Shown: positions 27,096 to 40,960 of the stretch, piece by piece
Layout of the letters: each line of letters opens with the position of its first letter
Position numbering within the stretch: position 1 is the first letter of the stretch
DNA from: Phoronis australis
Taxonomy: Eukaryota; Animalia; Phoronida
DNA: 64,000 bases
NCBI GenBank assembly: GCA_002633005.1
Contig: NMRA01000075.1
Coordinates: 423,950-487,949, forward strand
Direction of reading: 5' to 3'
Made by a program: the position numbers and the translations under genes
The notes under the pieces: model-generated
The model's database searches: none
What the model saw: the letters and a program-made list of their open reading frames with translations, nothing else
Told to the model about the DNA's origin: nothing

Positions 27096-28635
27096 ATAAC
27101 TCAGCGAACAGTCAGTGAACCGTATATACTGGTGCATGAGCCGCGTATAGTTCAAGAACCGTTCTTTTTGAGTGCCAATAAGCCGTGTTACAGTGTATGT
27201 GCTGACATTTCCGTTTTTGTAAGCAGGTGATATGAACGTTTACAGGTCCATGAGCCGTGTTCATGCGTACAGACCCATATGCGTGAGCCATGTTGTTGAG
27301 GTAGCCTGCGTTCAAACCGGTGCAAAGCTTACATGTAGTGTACGAATGGTAAACTTTCAGTATTTCGTAGGCCTCTGTTAAGAAAGGAATGGAACAACTT
27401 GGGCGACGCACAATAGGGGGATATGGGGAGGAGTTATAACCCCCTTTTTCAGTGCTCCTCCGAACATGGTCTTTGGCCGGTGCAGCACAGGGGGGCTGGG
27501 CGGATACAGTCCCCACTTTTTTCAGTGCTGCACCGCCCATGAACAGCGAGCAAAGTTTCGTTCGGTGATAATCTAAGTGTGTGTTTTGGCAAGCTATACT
27601 ACATGTATAAAGATGTCTTATTTGATGTTGCTGGAACACCTTTTTACCATGTTCATTAATTTGTTAAAACCTTAAACCGAAGTCTGACCAGACCCACAAA
27701 CGATTATTTCTATCGATCGCATTAATTAAACCCACTTAAGAATTTCATAGTTGCAAACTATATTGCTATCGCATACTCTCTCGACGGTCAATTTCCGTGA
27801 AAGTTGTCACCTAATCGATTGGACACGTGACTTCTGTCGAAGTCTCGTAATTCGCCAATCCTCCACCATTGTTTGTTCCGCGGGGCACGTGCATTCCAAT
27901 CCACCCTTCCTTGACCAACAAGTGTCTACTGTTTATATAAACTGAAACCGCAGAACTATAGCGTGGGAGAATATGGAAACACTATCAATATAGCCAAGAT
28001 GGGCGACTGGAAGCTTTCTTTTATTAGTGAAGTGCCGTCAATATATTCATGCCACTTCTCCATGGAGGGCTATCAAAACAGGATTTTATGAAGAAACGTC
28101 ATAAAATGGAAACGAAATGATAAATTAGAAGACTGTAATTTTTCAGACATCACCTTGAATAGTTGTATCAAACGAAATTTGGTTATATGATCACCTTAAA
28201 GTATACCTTCCACTTTATTTGCTAAATTTTACTAAACAACTTGATTACGTGACCCAAATCATAGAAGATTGGTATAAGTTTAAAAATCAATTTCTACTTT
28301 ATCAACAGACTTGTCCATAAAGTCTTAGATAACCTTAAAGCATAATTTTCTGGTGTTAATTTTTTTGCATTTAATACTTGTAGGTACTGGAAGATTCAGT
28401 CAACAGAATATTGACATATGTGTACTTGTCCACAGGGAAAACAAATCACAACACTCAAAGGAATGCTGAAATGATGTTAACCAAATTCTTGGAAAATTAC
28501 ACCTGAGCTCGTTTCCTTGTTTGAAATCAGACATTCGCATCCTCGAACTGCCAAATGGAATCTGGGAGAATTTTAGGGGAATGGGAGATGGCCCCCTTGC
28601 CGCCCCCCTAAATCTGCATCTGCACAACTAGCACT

Positions 28636-30300
28636 ATGCTGAAAATGCTTGCCCAGCCACTAGCATTTCCACTTAATAATCTTTCCAACCAAATATTGTC
28701 GTCTGGCTGCTTTCCATCCAGCTTGAAAATTGGGATTATGATATTCGTTCCCAAGAAAAATTCAAGTGCCGATGTTTCTAATTACAGGCCTAACATTTTA
28801 CTTTGTACTCTATCTAAATTAAGCGAAAAATGTTTTCTCGTCTGTATACAATCATAAGCGGGAAAACTCTATTATATCCATTGTAGTTCGGTTTTCTGCC
28901 ATAATTATCCACAGTATTCACTCTGAATTTCTGAAAGGCAACGTCACATCCGTCTTTTTGGACTTAGCTGCAGCATTTGGCTTTGTATACCATGATTTAC
29001 CATTAATTAAATTAAAATTGTATGGTATTACCAACTCTTTACTCCACTTGTTCAGATGTTATCTTTTCTGTCGCTACTTTACGGTCAGGTTGTCTAGTGA
29101 AACCCTGAGAGTTTTATAAACGCCGGGGTGCCTCACAGTAGTGTTCTGGCCCACTTTTATTGCTCATTTTCGTTAGCGATATATTAAACTCCCTTCTCTG
29201 TAACTGTTGTTTGTATGCAGAAGTTGCTTGTACATGTATATTCTATCCATTTCCCAAAGACGAGCCTGAAGAATCTGTCCGTCTCCAAACTTACCTTGAT
29301 TTACTCCATAAATGGTCCGTGACTTGGGGAATGAATTTCAAACCAGAAAAATGTACATGTAACTATGTAACATTCACCCCTCGTCATACAAAGTCAAATG
29401 TATCATATTACTACGTTTATCTCTTGATCATAATTTAATCCCTCAAAAAACTCTCACGGCCATCTTCGTGTAATTCTTGACAATAAACTGACAATCAACT
29501 TACATTGCGTTGCACTCGTAAAAAATTCAAAAACCCTGGAATACTTTCAAAGCGCTACGAAGGATAATGACGAGCTATAACCTAAAAATGTTGTATAATG
29601 CTTTCATTTTATCTCATTTTAATTACGCAGATATGATATACAGCAGCTGCAATTAGTCACGTCTTATATGTCTAGATAGGCTCCAGTACCAGCCACCACT
29701 GTATACTGTATGTTTCTGGCTCGATAAAGAGTTCCAGTAAAAAAAAACTCTCATCTAACTTAACTGGATGCCACTCTCAGACATTCGAAAACAGCGCATC
29801 ATTATTTATACTTACAAGGTTCTTCACAATATTAATAATCATTCCAATTTATTTCACTTTAGCAACGTCAGACGGACACAATTTCGCGAAAATTTAAAAA
29901 CTATGTAGCCCCTCAATTTTTCAATTCAGTTCGCAAATCTCCTTTCATTCATTGCATCCAACTGTGGAACGTTATTTCCTGTCGTCCGAAAATTGTACAA
30001 CGTTTCCAATCGCTTAAAGTTGTTGTCAAAAGATATCTGTCGTCTGAGTTTCATACATCCACACCAATTAATTATATAATAATTATTACCAGAAACAAAG
30101 AAAGAGTTCTTAATCAACCACGACCGGGTTTCCTTAATTCTCAAAAATGTCGACATAATGTTTGCAAATGTGTTTCCTTGAATAGCGTTAGTCATTTTTT
30201 TCTTAAATTTCCCAACAATTAAGTATATTGTTTCCATCTGTTCCATGCCCTTGATTAAAACACTTATGTCACCTGCATCTACAGCTTACCTGACAATCAA
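28636..30300 (+). mobile_element. Decayed non-LTR retrotransposon (CR1/L2-type) RT region, 5'-truncated
   Basis: PL..L.NQILSSGCFPSSLKIG...PKK.....SNYRP..LL.TLSKL.EK; VFLDLAAAF; GVPHSSVLAP; LYAE (degenerate YADD); LHKWSVTWGMNFKPEKC. Many stops and frameshifts. Right boundary approximate. Confidence 0.85.
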
Positions 30301-31399
30301 CGCGGTGCTTTGTTCTTGCTTGATGGTTTGTATCTTCTTCTTAACTTAGATCTGAATATTTTTCTAATAGATTTAGTATCCACTTTCATTTACAATGGTA
30401 AACTCAAATTTTTATTACTTAAATAGCCTCTCTGTGTTTTTGTTTTTACGTGTGTTTGTCTGGAAACCTGGAAAAATTTCATATGTTTTTGAACGATGTC
30501 AGTTAGCCTCAATCTTAGAATTAAAACATCTTTAAGTTGTTTCAGTTATTTTCTGCATTTGTTGAAATTTGTCATCATTAAAACGTAACTTATATCATGT
30601 TCACTTTGTTATTTGCTTTTTATTGGTAAAACTCGTACAACTTGTCTGCGGGCAAATTTCAACATACTCTATTATACTCTCAACACAATGTTATCTCGGT
30701 GAATATTTAACTAATTGCACAGTCCAAAAACATTTTCAAAAATGAAAAACAAATATATTACTTTGACTCTCGAGTGCCATTATTGATTAAGTCCTTTAAA
30801 TATCTTTACAATTGGCTGCATTTTAGGGTTCGTCGAGTTCCTTGTCGAAAGTATATTATTTCCACCACAATTAATTTCCGGATTTTGAAATGGGCCGCGA
30901 GAATTATTTACTGGAAAGACCAGCACCCCCAACAAATTCACCGTTCCTGGCCTAAAAACATGTACTTAAACTAATCATGGCAATAAGTAACACGGAATTT
31001 GGAATAGGAATTTCTGAGCTCAACGCATTCACACTATTTTTAGAGGATCACTGCTGAAAAATTTGTTATGAAATTGGGTTTGCTAGTATTAAAATACTAA
31101 AACGTGTAACGAAATGAAGCCATTTCCGATAATTTGTTGTGACATGTACACAACGTCTTGGAATAAGAAATGGGGAAAAAGATACTGGTCAATAGGTGAC
31201 GCAATAATATTTCATGGCACCGATCGGGCGACGCAAAAGATTGTAACACAACTTCAGCAGCAGAATAACGGTAAAACGCCAATCGGTTTTACACTGGGGC
31301 TTCAATTTCGATGGGACGCCTTGATATATATTTGCAATAAACAGCGCTTACTTATCACACAAGTTTCATAGCGCGTGACAATAATGCGCAGCATTTCGC

Positions 31400-31486
31400 T
31401 TTGGCGACTCGCTGAGGCTGAAACTTGAGTTTATGTGCAGTGAAAGCAGGGTGCTGTGAAAATGTTCAATCGTTCTGGCTTTTAAG
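31400..31486 (+). other. Possible non-coding first exon of the multi-exon gene
   Basis: Strong donor AAG|gtaaga at 31487, upstream of the first coding exon. An in-frame upstream stop makes it 5' UTR. Start position unknown. Confidence 0.3.
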
Positions 31487-32111
31487 GTAAGATTGATACG
31501 AGTGGTCAAAGAGTGTTATCTGGAGACGAGTTTCTTCCAAGTTTTAACGAAGTGGCAAGGCGATTTAATGTGTCAAAACATTTTTAAGATTTGCCGATTG
31601 ATCGTTTGAATACAGCGTGCAGTGAAGTTAGCGGTGAATGGTCAAATGGATGAAAAATTAATGTAGACATATGTATGCCTGTATGTTTTTTGGCTATTGA
31701 AAAACACTTCCAGTTCCTTAAAATTCCGTTTGAAAAGAGAAAGGTCCTTTTGGCGCCAAGACCTTTCTCAAGCTCTACATAACGTCGTACGGAAAATGAC
31801 AAATATTGTATTGAATGAGCGTGCTTATTACAGACGGTATTTGTACGAAATGAATTATGTGAATCAAATTGGGTGACCATGGCGTGAACTACCTCCATCT
31901 AATGGTCACCTTTCTATGTAGTACTTTTCAACAACTACTTTATGGTTTTTACATTAACAATTTTGGCACGTGGATCTTAAACGCTATGTACATTGTAAAG
32001 ATATGAAAGATTGACAGAGAAAAAACTTTGACGCACGTGAACCGGCAGAACTTGGAGGCACGCGAGCTATATTTTGTTCAAGATTTTGAAACGGGTTTTT
32101 CGCAGATTTGC

Positions 32112-32168
32112 ATGAAAATGAACTGCTTCACATACATGAACAAATATCCTAGATCAACGTCACAAAGG
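32112..32168 (+). CDS. Uncharacterised multi-exon gene, putative first coding exon (MKMNCFTYMNKYPRSTSQR)
   Basis: Acceptor tttttcgcag at 32105, ATG at 32112, donor AGG|gtaagt in phase 0. Confidence 0.5.
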
Positions 32169-33405
32169 GTAAGTCGGAAGGCAGTTTGATTTATAAAGCC
32201 CCGTTTGTCATTCATAAAGCTCAAGCGCCTGTGTTATAAAGTGCACATTAAATCAGTTGCAGACGAATCCCAGCTTTGTAAATTTGATGTCATCTCTAGT
32301 CCACAGGCGCTTGAGTTTATCTGCTCCTAGATCACGACTGATGACACTCACCACTAAGAAAACATATTCTATATGGTTATGAGTCAACGGGAAATTCGAG
32401 CGCCTGTGCTCTAGTCGCGTCCAATCTCGAATTCTTTGGTTAACTTTCAGCTTAACGTTTATACCAGCCACCTAAATACTATTTTGTCAATTCAGGACAC
32501 TCAGTATTTGGTTTCCAACAGCGTTGGAACAGCGTTGTATGGGGTTTTGAAAACAAATTTGAGATGAGTGTTAGTAACATTCAAACTAACGCCCGGAGCC
32601 TTTTTACTCGAGAATATTTTTTCCGTACTCCGTTAATACTAACTCAGGATAATTGTCTATTGTCCTAAGCTCAATTATATTACGGATCACGCAAACGGGA
32701 GCCACTATTATCCAAACTCGTACTTTATGACCCCTACGCTCGAGCTACAAACTCGAGCAAAAATTCGATATTTAAAAATCAGATTCGAACTTGTAGCTTT
32801 AACGCATGGATCATCAAGTGGATATAGGTTACAAAGTCCTACACGGTGAACCATTGTATACTCGACTGACTAAAGTGTATTACTTACATGTACTAATCTT
32901 GAGTTGGGGAACCTCAGTCGAGTAGCGAATGTTAAACATGATTTCCATATCTATTTAGAGTAAAACGTTTAGAGCTGCAGTGAACCTAGGACGACTGCAC
33001 ATTTAAAGCTGCACGTTGTCCTGTTTAGCTACCTGGAAACAGAAATTAAGACTTCAACTTTCATTAAATCGGTCTCAGACCTTACGGTGATTCTATTTCC
33101 GTTACCTGACATTATCAAACTCGCAATTTCATGGTTGGCTAACCCCAAGAAACTCTGAACCGTTTCTGAAGCATTTTCTTAAGTCACAAGTTGTTTCGAT
33201 GTTCATGTTGGTAAAATAAATGCAATGTTATCGTGAGAAGCATTATGTGACCGATTGTATGAGAGTAAAGGACATTCGATTTTCGTTTTTCGGCCAGCTA
33301 AATAAGTTGAAGCACAGCTTTAAAATGCGCAGTTTGGTTTTTATGAAACCATTGTTGGATGTTCTTTTCAATGCACGACTATCTGTAGAAATCATCATTG
33401 GTCCA

Positions 33406-33842
33406 CACCCGTTCCAAACGCCGTAACACCATTCAAGAGTCTATTAAATGCAAGCCGTTATATTCTTGCAGCTGACTGTACTATATTACTACAATACATT
33501 ATACTCTGTAACACTCTTCGACGAGTCCTACATGCGTGTTACAGTGCGCTCCAAGATCAAGTCGATGTTCATTCTTGTTGCCAAGATTTTGGCCTATATT
33601 CGGCTTCGAGACTAGCGGCAATCTGTATTTTGCGCCGAATTTACAAAGTAGCAGCCTCAGATGAAAGTACCGCTATCTCAGAATTCTTAGGTCTCGCGAC
33701 TTCACACTTGTTCTCGTTGCTCAAAGAAAAGGCCGTCTCATTGTGGGCTTGTTGAGGAGTGTTACAGTGTATTGTAGTAATATATTACAGTGAGCTGCAA
33801 GCATGTAACGGCTTGCATGTGTTACGGCGTTTGGAACGGGTG
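33406..33842. mobile_element. MITE with long inverted arms
   Basis: Perfect 23-bp IR CACCCGTTCCAAACGCCGTAACA at 33406-33428 / 33820-33842, with imperfect pairing continuing inward to ~33497 / 33769. Confidence 0.75.
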
Positions 33843-34194
33843 ATTGGTCGCTGCGGAGTCGAAGCCTCGCTGCCGGTGAGTTAATCTGGCGTCCAAATCG
33901 ATCCAATGTACTTGGATGTCACGTGATACGCCATGTTGTGGCGATCTCAGAACCTACACATAATTGAGCTGCGATTGATAATTTCTTGAAAATTACACAT
34001 GACTTACACCTGTACAAGACTCGACAGCACCCACCGTACAAACATTCAACGTTTGTCTAACCATCTAATCACCTCCGTCGTTTCTTTAATAAAGGGATGA
34101 ATTTTCATACAACGGCATCTGGTTATTGCTCTATCACCGATTATTAAAATCTGTCCGATGTTTCATTTTCATCAACACTCCGATGTTTTTGCAG

Positions 34195-34326
34195 AACTAC
34201 GGTTTTGACCCGCTGAACGCAGGAGTCACGGGGAACGAAAGGTTCAATGCCAAGAAATGTGCGGCCAAGCACTCTGAGCCTAGGCCTTTGGGGTTTAAAA
34301 CTGAATTAGACGAGGAAAAGTTGTCG
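34195..34326 (+). CDS. Uncharacterised multi-exon gene, exon (NYGFDPLNAG...LDEEKLS)
   Basis: tttttgcag| ... TCG|gtaagt. 132 nt, only one frame open, phase 0-0. Confidence 0.65.
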
Positions 34327-35169
34327 GTAAGTAACGGGGAGTTAAAGGTGCACAGTCTCATTAAACTCTGAATATGCAAATGAAGAACTAGTTTACAAAC
34401 AACCACTTGTCCTCCAGTGTGCCGGAAACCATCCGAGAACCAGTTCCCATTACAATCTCGGGAAAGTCTCATTTTGCGAGACTATTTTGATGTAAATGAG
34501 TATGGTTTTATTTCATCAAAGCGGACGAACACCCGATGCCGGCCACCGACAACTGAGGTCTGGCTACTGGGCGACACTCCACAACAAAAGCATTCGTTAC
34601 GTAAATTAATTTTACCTTCACCTTGGACAATATTCAACATCATGCCATTTCGCGTCTCTCGTATAGGGGAAATTCGAGATATTTGCGAACACTTCTCGTC
34701 CACATTTCTTAAAGACGACATGGGAATCCCAGCTAGGGAAGCGCTCACTGCATTGTCGTTACCCTAACGAAACAAGGCCCAGTTATTTTGTTATATCAAT
34801 ATCAAATACCGATTGCGCTATATTTTGAATTAATAGGTTTTTTGTAAATTATGTTCACATGTTTTGAGTGTATCAATTGTGGAATTTCATTTTCAAATTG
34901 TTTCTTTTCCTGATTGCCATTGTACACATAGTTCTCCAGGAAGTCACTAGATGGCACTTGTTAAAAATGTAAATATTCACGGAGTTAATGAGACATACCA
35001 TCTTTAGCCTGGGTTCTTCCTAGCTGCGATTTTTGCACAATGAACTCCCTACTAGATAAGGGTCATGCATAACATTAAGAAGTCATATAATGCTACTCAG
35101 GCTAAAAAACAACATTGTCATTCAGCATATATATACTATGGCGCAAAAACAACAACAATGTACACTGTA

Positions 35170-38100
35170 ACGAAAGGGTGGTTCAATGAGCAAGAAATCA
35201 TCTGGGTCACCGTTAGGGGTCACTGCGAGCAGAACAAATTTTCATTTATATAAATCTTGCACGAAACTCGTTGAAGTCACATTTCAATCATCAGGCCAAT
35301 TTCACAACCAACGAACGCACCTAAAATGATTTCATACAACAATTATAACACTTAAAAACCAAATAACTCCATGTTCTTTCACGAATGTCGAACACCTGTT
35401 CAATACTCTAATACGATTCAACATATCATTACTTCCCCCCTTCGTATACCACTCTGGTTTCTCTTCAATCCACGCATAAATCTTTCGCCTTTTACTAAAG
35501 ATTTCCGTGGAGAGGAACATTATGATGAGTCTATAGACTATTTTTCTAACCCTCGAAAGAGGGTACATAATATCAAATGAAACGGTGAAATCGCTACCCT
35601 CAGCCTCAAAGGCCCTTGCACTCAGTTACACTAGAAGTGGCTGCCTAGGTTTACCGGAATGTCTAACGAGATTGAAGCTGATAAGCCACTGTAAAGGTTG
35701 CTTATGACTTTTAAAGATACTGGGGGTATCTGAACATGTAGCTAAAGGGGATTTTGTATACAGGAGTGCCAAATGCAGGGCGACTAGAAATTTATTTAAT
35801 ATATGATTGCTCGTTACTACGTCCACGTACAAAAACGCGCAAAAACTTGAGTCCCGAACTGGTCTGAGATACCCTGTGTGCCCAAGATGGCCCTCTCCCT
35901 CCCACAGGCATTGGGGATTTTATTCAAGGTGTTACTGTTTTCGCTTTGGCTTTGAACAGTAGAAGCCTTCCTAATAGGCGCGCCCGGCCTTCACTTTGAG
36001 ATCTAATGCTAGCTATTACTATAAAAGCAAACATTTCATTTTCGTGGAAATACAAATAATAATAATAAGACTCAAAAAATAATGTTTGTCCATTTTCAGT
36101 TGAGGATGTAGTGATTCAAGCTCGTTATTAGAAATCAACGGTTTTCAGTCATTTGTTGCTAATCATGTCTTTGTCGAAGTTTAGTGCTCCAGGCACGACC
36201 AACAGTCCTGGTAACTAAAATAATGTTATGGAGCTGTCAACGGTTGTGGATGACCAAAATTTAAAAGGATAACACCTGCTTTGTCAGTTATGAGTCGGCG
36301 ACCCTCGTCCTGTCTCCTTCTAATGCACCGGCGCATCCGACGGTGAGTGCAGGTTAAACAAAAACGATCGCTGTCACGGTCCGACGGAACGGATACATGT
36401 AGGCCGGACCGGTCCAGAACACGAGTTGCCCTGGTAAACGGTCTACCGCCTAATCACAGTGGCGCTAGCCGGCCGTGAGTTTTCAAAATTTATTCCTTCG
36501 AGGTCGGGTGACCATAGTCCGTGCTATTTTATATGATCTCTATGGGCCAAGTCGTTGTTAATCACAGGCCATAGTCATAGTATATTATTCGAAATTTTGA
36601 AAAACCGGTTCTGCACCTTAGCCTCAGCGTCTACATACACGGGTTGTAAAAGGGAGGATATCCCAGGCGCGCGTCAAAACAAAGACGGCGACTAAGGCCG
36701 GTCTGCATGGGAGTTCGGCGGCACGTCGTCCCGGCTACCCGGTAAACTTAAGTTCTGCGGAGACTGAAACTGCGGGCACATGCATGTGTATTCGATCCAC
36801 TAACCGTTAAAATGTACTGTAGTTTCACTGAGAAAGCATTCTCTTTTCGCATAACAATAGTGAAAGCCTTGTTCTAATATCAAGTAATCATTTGGATCGC
36901 CGTTAGAGGTCAGCATGCGCAGAAGATTTTGTCTTTATTGATGTAGGTTTTGAATAAAACTCATTTAGCTGTCATCTCTATTAGCAAATTATTTTGGCGC
37001 CAGTGTGCATGCAATTAAATTAATTTTACACAACATGTAAAACACCTAAAACACCACATAATTTTATGATACCTTTCATGAAAGCTTAACACCTGTTTCA
37101 TACAATAATAAGCAATACTAATAGTTGTACTTTCCCGTGATGTTGGTACTCTGGTTTCTCTTCAATCCACGCATAAATCTTTCGCCTTTTACTAAAGATT
37201 TCCGTGGAGAGGAACATTATAATGAGTCTATAGACTATTTTTCGAACCCTCGAAAGAGGGTACATGATATGAAACGAAACGGTGAACTCGCTACTCTCAG
37301 AAGCTCTTGCGCTCAGTTACACTATAAGTGGCTGTCCTGGGTTATCGGAATGTGTAAAGCATTTGAAGCTGAGAAGCTATTGTAAAGGGTGCTTATGATT
37401 TTTAAAGATACTGCATGGGGGTACATGTAGCTAAAGGAGTGCCAAATTCAGGCCGACTAGATATTTATTTAATCTATGATTGCTCCTTACTACGTCCACA
37501 TACAAAAACGCGCAAAAACTTGAGTCCCGAATTGGTCTGAGATACCCTGTGTGCTCAAGATGACCCTCTCCTTCCCACAGGCATTGGGGATTTTAGTCAA
37601 GGTGTTACTGTTTTCGCTTTGGTTTTGAACAGTAAAAGCCTTCGTGATAGGCGCTCGGCCTTCACTTTGATACTTAGTGCTAGCTATTACTATAAAAGCA
37701 AACATTTCATTTTCGTGAAAATAAAAATAATAATAATAAGACTTAAAAAATAATGTTTGTCCATTTTCAGTTGAGGATGTAGGCCCTAGTGATTAAAGCT
37801 CGTTATTAGAAATCAACGGTTTTTAGCCATTTGTTGCCGAAGTCATGGCTTTGTCGAAGTTTAGTGTCCCAGACACGACCAACGGTCTTAACTAAAATAA
37901 TGTTATGGAGCTGTTGTGAAAAAGGATAATTTACTCCCTGCTAGTTGTCAGTGATGAATCGGCGATCCTCGTCCCTTTCCCGTGCCAATGTGCACCCGCG
38001 CATCCGAGGTGAGTGGGGGTTAAACTAAAACAACTCACAAGCTGTCACGGTCCGACGGAACGGATACATGTAGGCCGAGTCCAGAACACGAGTTGCCCTG

Positions 38101-38915
38101 GTAAACGTTCTACCGCCTGATCACAGTGGCGCTAGCCGGCCGTGACTGAGTTTTCGAAATTTATTCCTATATGATCTCGATGGGCCAAGTCGTTGTTAAT
38201 CACTTGCCATCATAACCATAGTATTTTATTCGAAATTTTGAAAAGCCGGTTCCTTACCTTAGCCTCAGCGTCTACATACCTGGCTTGTGAAAGGGAGGAT
38301 ATCCCAGCTGCGCGGCCCCGTCAAAACAGAGACGACTAACTTTAAGGCCGGCCAGGGAGTTCGGCGGCACGTCGTCCCGGCTACCCGGTAAACTTAAGTT
38401 CTGTGGAGACTGAAACTGCGGGCACATGCATGTGTATTCGACCCACTAACCGTTAAAATGTACTGTAGTTTCACTGAGAAAGTATTCTCTTTCCGCATAC
38501 AATAGTGAAAGCCTTGTTCTGATATCAAGTAATCATTTGGATCGCCGTTAGAGGTCACTATGCGCAGAAGATTTTGTCTTTATTGATGTAGTTTTTGAAT
38601 AAAACTCATTTAGCTGTCATCGCTACTAGCAAATTATTTTGGCGCCAGTGTGCATGCAATTAAGTTGATTTTACACAACATGTAAAACACCTAAAACACC
38701 ACGTAATTTTATGATATCTTTCATGAAAGTTGAACACCTGTTTCATACAATAATAAGCAATACTAATAACTGTCCTTTCCCATACGTTAGGTACTCTGGT
38801 TTCTCTTCAATCCACGCATAAATCTTTCGCCTTTTACTAAAGATTTCCGTGGAGAGGAACATTATAATGAGTCTATAGACTATTTTTCGAACCCTCGAAA
38901 GAGGGTAAATATCAC
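35170..38915 (+). repeat. Tandem duplication, ~1.65-1.70 kb unit, containing three copies of one exon
   Basis: The 114-nt block recurs at 35449, 37146 and 38791. The intervening segments 35563-37145 and 37260-38790 are colinear. Confidence 0.9.
38791..38904 (+). CDS. Uncharacterised multi-exon gene, exon (VLWFLFNPRINLSPFTKDFRGEEHYNESIDYFSNPRKR)
   Basis: cctttcccatacgttag|GTA...AGG|gtaaat, phase 0-0. The only one of the three copies with an AG acceptor. Confidence 0.6.
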
Positions 38916-39726
38916 CAAAGTAAGATTGATGACCCCAAGTGCGCAGGTGGAGTGGTTTTTCGCTGGAGCAGGTGGGTGCCTTCGTGTCCGAGAAACAGCT
39001 TTGTTCAATGTGCACTGCCTTTTCAGAAAGTAGACAGTGTTCTCAGTGCAGTGTTTTCGTAGATCTATTGACGTGGGTATTTACGCAGCCTGAAAAGAGT
39101 GAGTTGCACACTCCGAGTAGAGTAAACGGCGGTAATTAGTGTTATGCCCGCGTTCTTGTTCTTGGAGACTAAGCAGTCCTAATGCTTTATGCTTATGTGT
39201 GACGACACGCTAACAGGTTGGAATGGCTTGCATCCTGCGGAAAACTGGCTTTATAAATACAGTGTGATAGTGAAACAAATAGTTAATGGAAGACAATACT
39301 CAGGGGGGCAAGTGTGGGGGATGTACTACCATGCATTAGTTGGAGATCAGAGTGTGCAGTACTAGGCGGTGTTCTGTCCTTACGCCCTTTGACTAAACAA
39401 CGGGGATACTATAGCGCATTTACAAAGTAAGAAAAACGGGAACACGTACACAGGCTGGTGTGTAACATTCCCGCTCACAATAAGGTAATTTCCTTTCCGG
39501 TGCGGGTAGAGGATGGATGTAACATTATTTGCACCGGAGAATCTATGATGTNGGGGGGGGGGGGAATCTACCGCAATTGCCAAAAGGAAGTGTCTACGAA
39601 TCCGTGCCCAAAAACCTAATGCTGACGTCGTTCTTCGAGTCGTGTCGGCATAAATGGGAATCCGCTTTAATTATGATTTGAATTCACTGAAGAGCGTGTT
39701 TATATCTGGCTTAATTTCTCTTTTAG

Positions 39727-39787
39727 AGCAAATTAACCGGAGTTTACTCCGAACAGTGTCTGAAACCATCCGAAAACACAAGACGCG
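39727..39787 (+). CDS. Uncharacterised multi-exon gene, exon (SKLTGVYSEQCLKPSENTRR-G)
   Basis: tttctcttttag| ... CGCG|gtaagt. Phase 0 in, phase 1 out. Confidence 0.6.
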
Positions 39788-40399
39788 GTAAGTGTATTGT
39801 ATCAGTCGCAACTGAGACTGAACTTACAAAAAACATGCGTTTTCGGTAGTATAACCAATGATGTCCTGCTCCTCTCTCTTGGTCGCCTGCAAAGTACACT
39901 TACGGAAAGATGGTGTTGCATGATTAGGGCTCGGCATGAGACGGACGCAGTATCAGGGGGCACATTGAAGTTACAACAGGGTTTTGGCTCCCGACACACA
40001 AAAATTTTTATCGGGCTGACCCTTTCAATATAAGATTGGTATTATGACCAAAGTTACGAGTTTGTATTTTTATTTAGCTAACCTTTAAAGTTTTTATAAA
40101 TATTTGGTTGAATGCCAAATGATTGTGTTAACTGAACCGTGACTTTCAAAGTTAGTTCTACAGTTCGCATTATCGGAATTTTGGTGACATAAAAAGTTGA
40201 TCATAAAACATTGGAAAGAGGTGGGTGGGAGCTAATTACAGCAGTGAAGTGAAAGTTTGTCTAACTAAATTAATGCCACACAGGACTATAAATTCACGCG
40301 AAGCAGGATTCGTTCCTTTTCCCGGGTGTGTTCTTTACTTTACTTCTCAGAACAAAATTTCATAACGCAACGTATGTTCAAAACAACGATTTCTGCAAG

Positions 40400-40960
40400 T
40401 ATGCCATGCCACCAAACAAAAAGACGCCAAATGTAATAGCTAGGGGCGAGTGTGGTGGATGTGTGTTGTATACATACCACATGTTCAAGCCTATCGTTTA
40501 CCGCACAAGGCTGCTTCAGATGGGTTTGAAGAGGTATGGTTAACGGTTATACGGACTGGGTGAGGTAGATTTATCCCTTTCAGAATTTCGTCAGAGATTT
40601 ATTGACGGTGATGTACAAAATGGACATTCTCTAATTAATAATTCGACTAAATATCAACCCCATTGTACTTTCAAAACGGAACTACATTGTGAATTTCAAA
40701 AATACCTGTACTTTTTAGACCCTTCCTTAACAAAAATCTTTGCCGGTTTTGGGTGCTCAATCCTCATGCTTAACATTGAGACTGAGTGGCACTTATATTA
40801 GGTCCAATCGAGGATGAGAAAATTTGTGGAATATCCAATATTGGTCAAATTGAAAACGAGATTCATTTTATGCGTCACTGTTCTAGCCTTGGTGATGCGC
40901 GCAGAAATTTTCTGACGAATATGACGGATGATGCTAGCGTAGTTAGCTTATTAATAGACT
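40400..40960 (+). mobile_element. Non-LTR retrotransposon ORF2 C-terminal remnant
   Basis: FKTELHCEFQKYL...LNIETE...EKIC...IENEIHFMRHCSSLGDARR resembles the L.IE.GR...C..C...EDE.HF...C..Y...R zinc-binding tail of LINE ORF2. Degraded. Confidence 0.65.

Noticed and set aside
26875-27230. Pro/Ser/Leu-rich and Arg/Glu/Gly-rich ORFs
   Set aside because: Artefacts of the CT tract.
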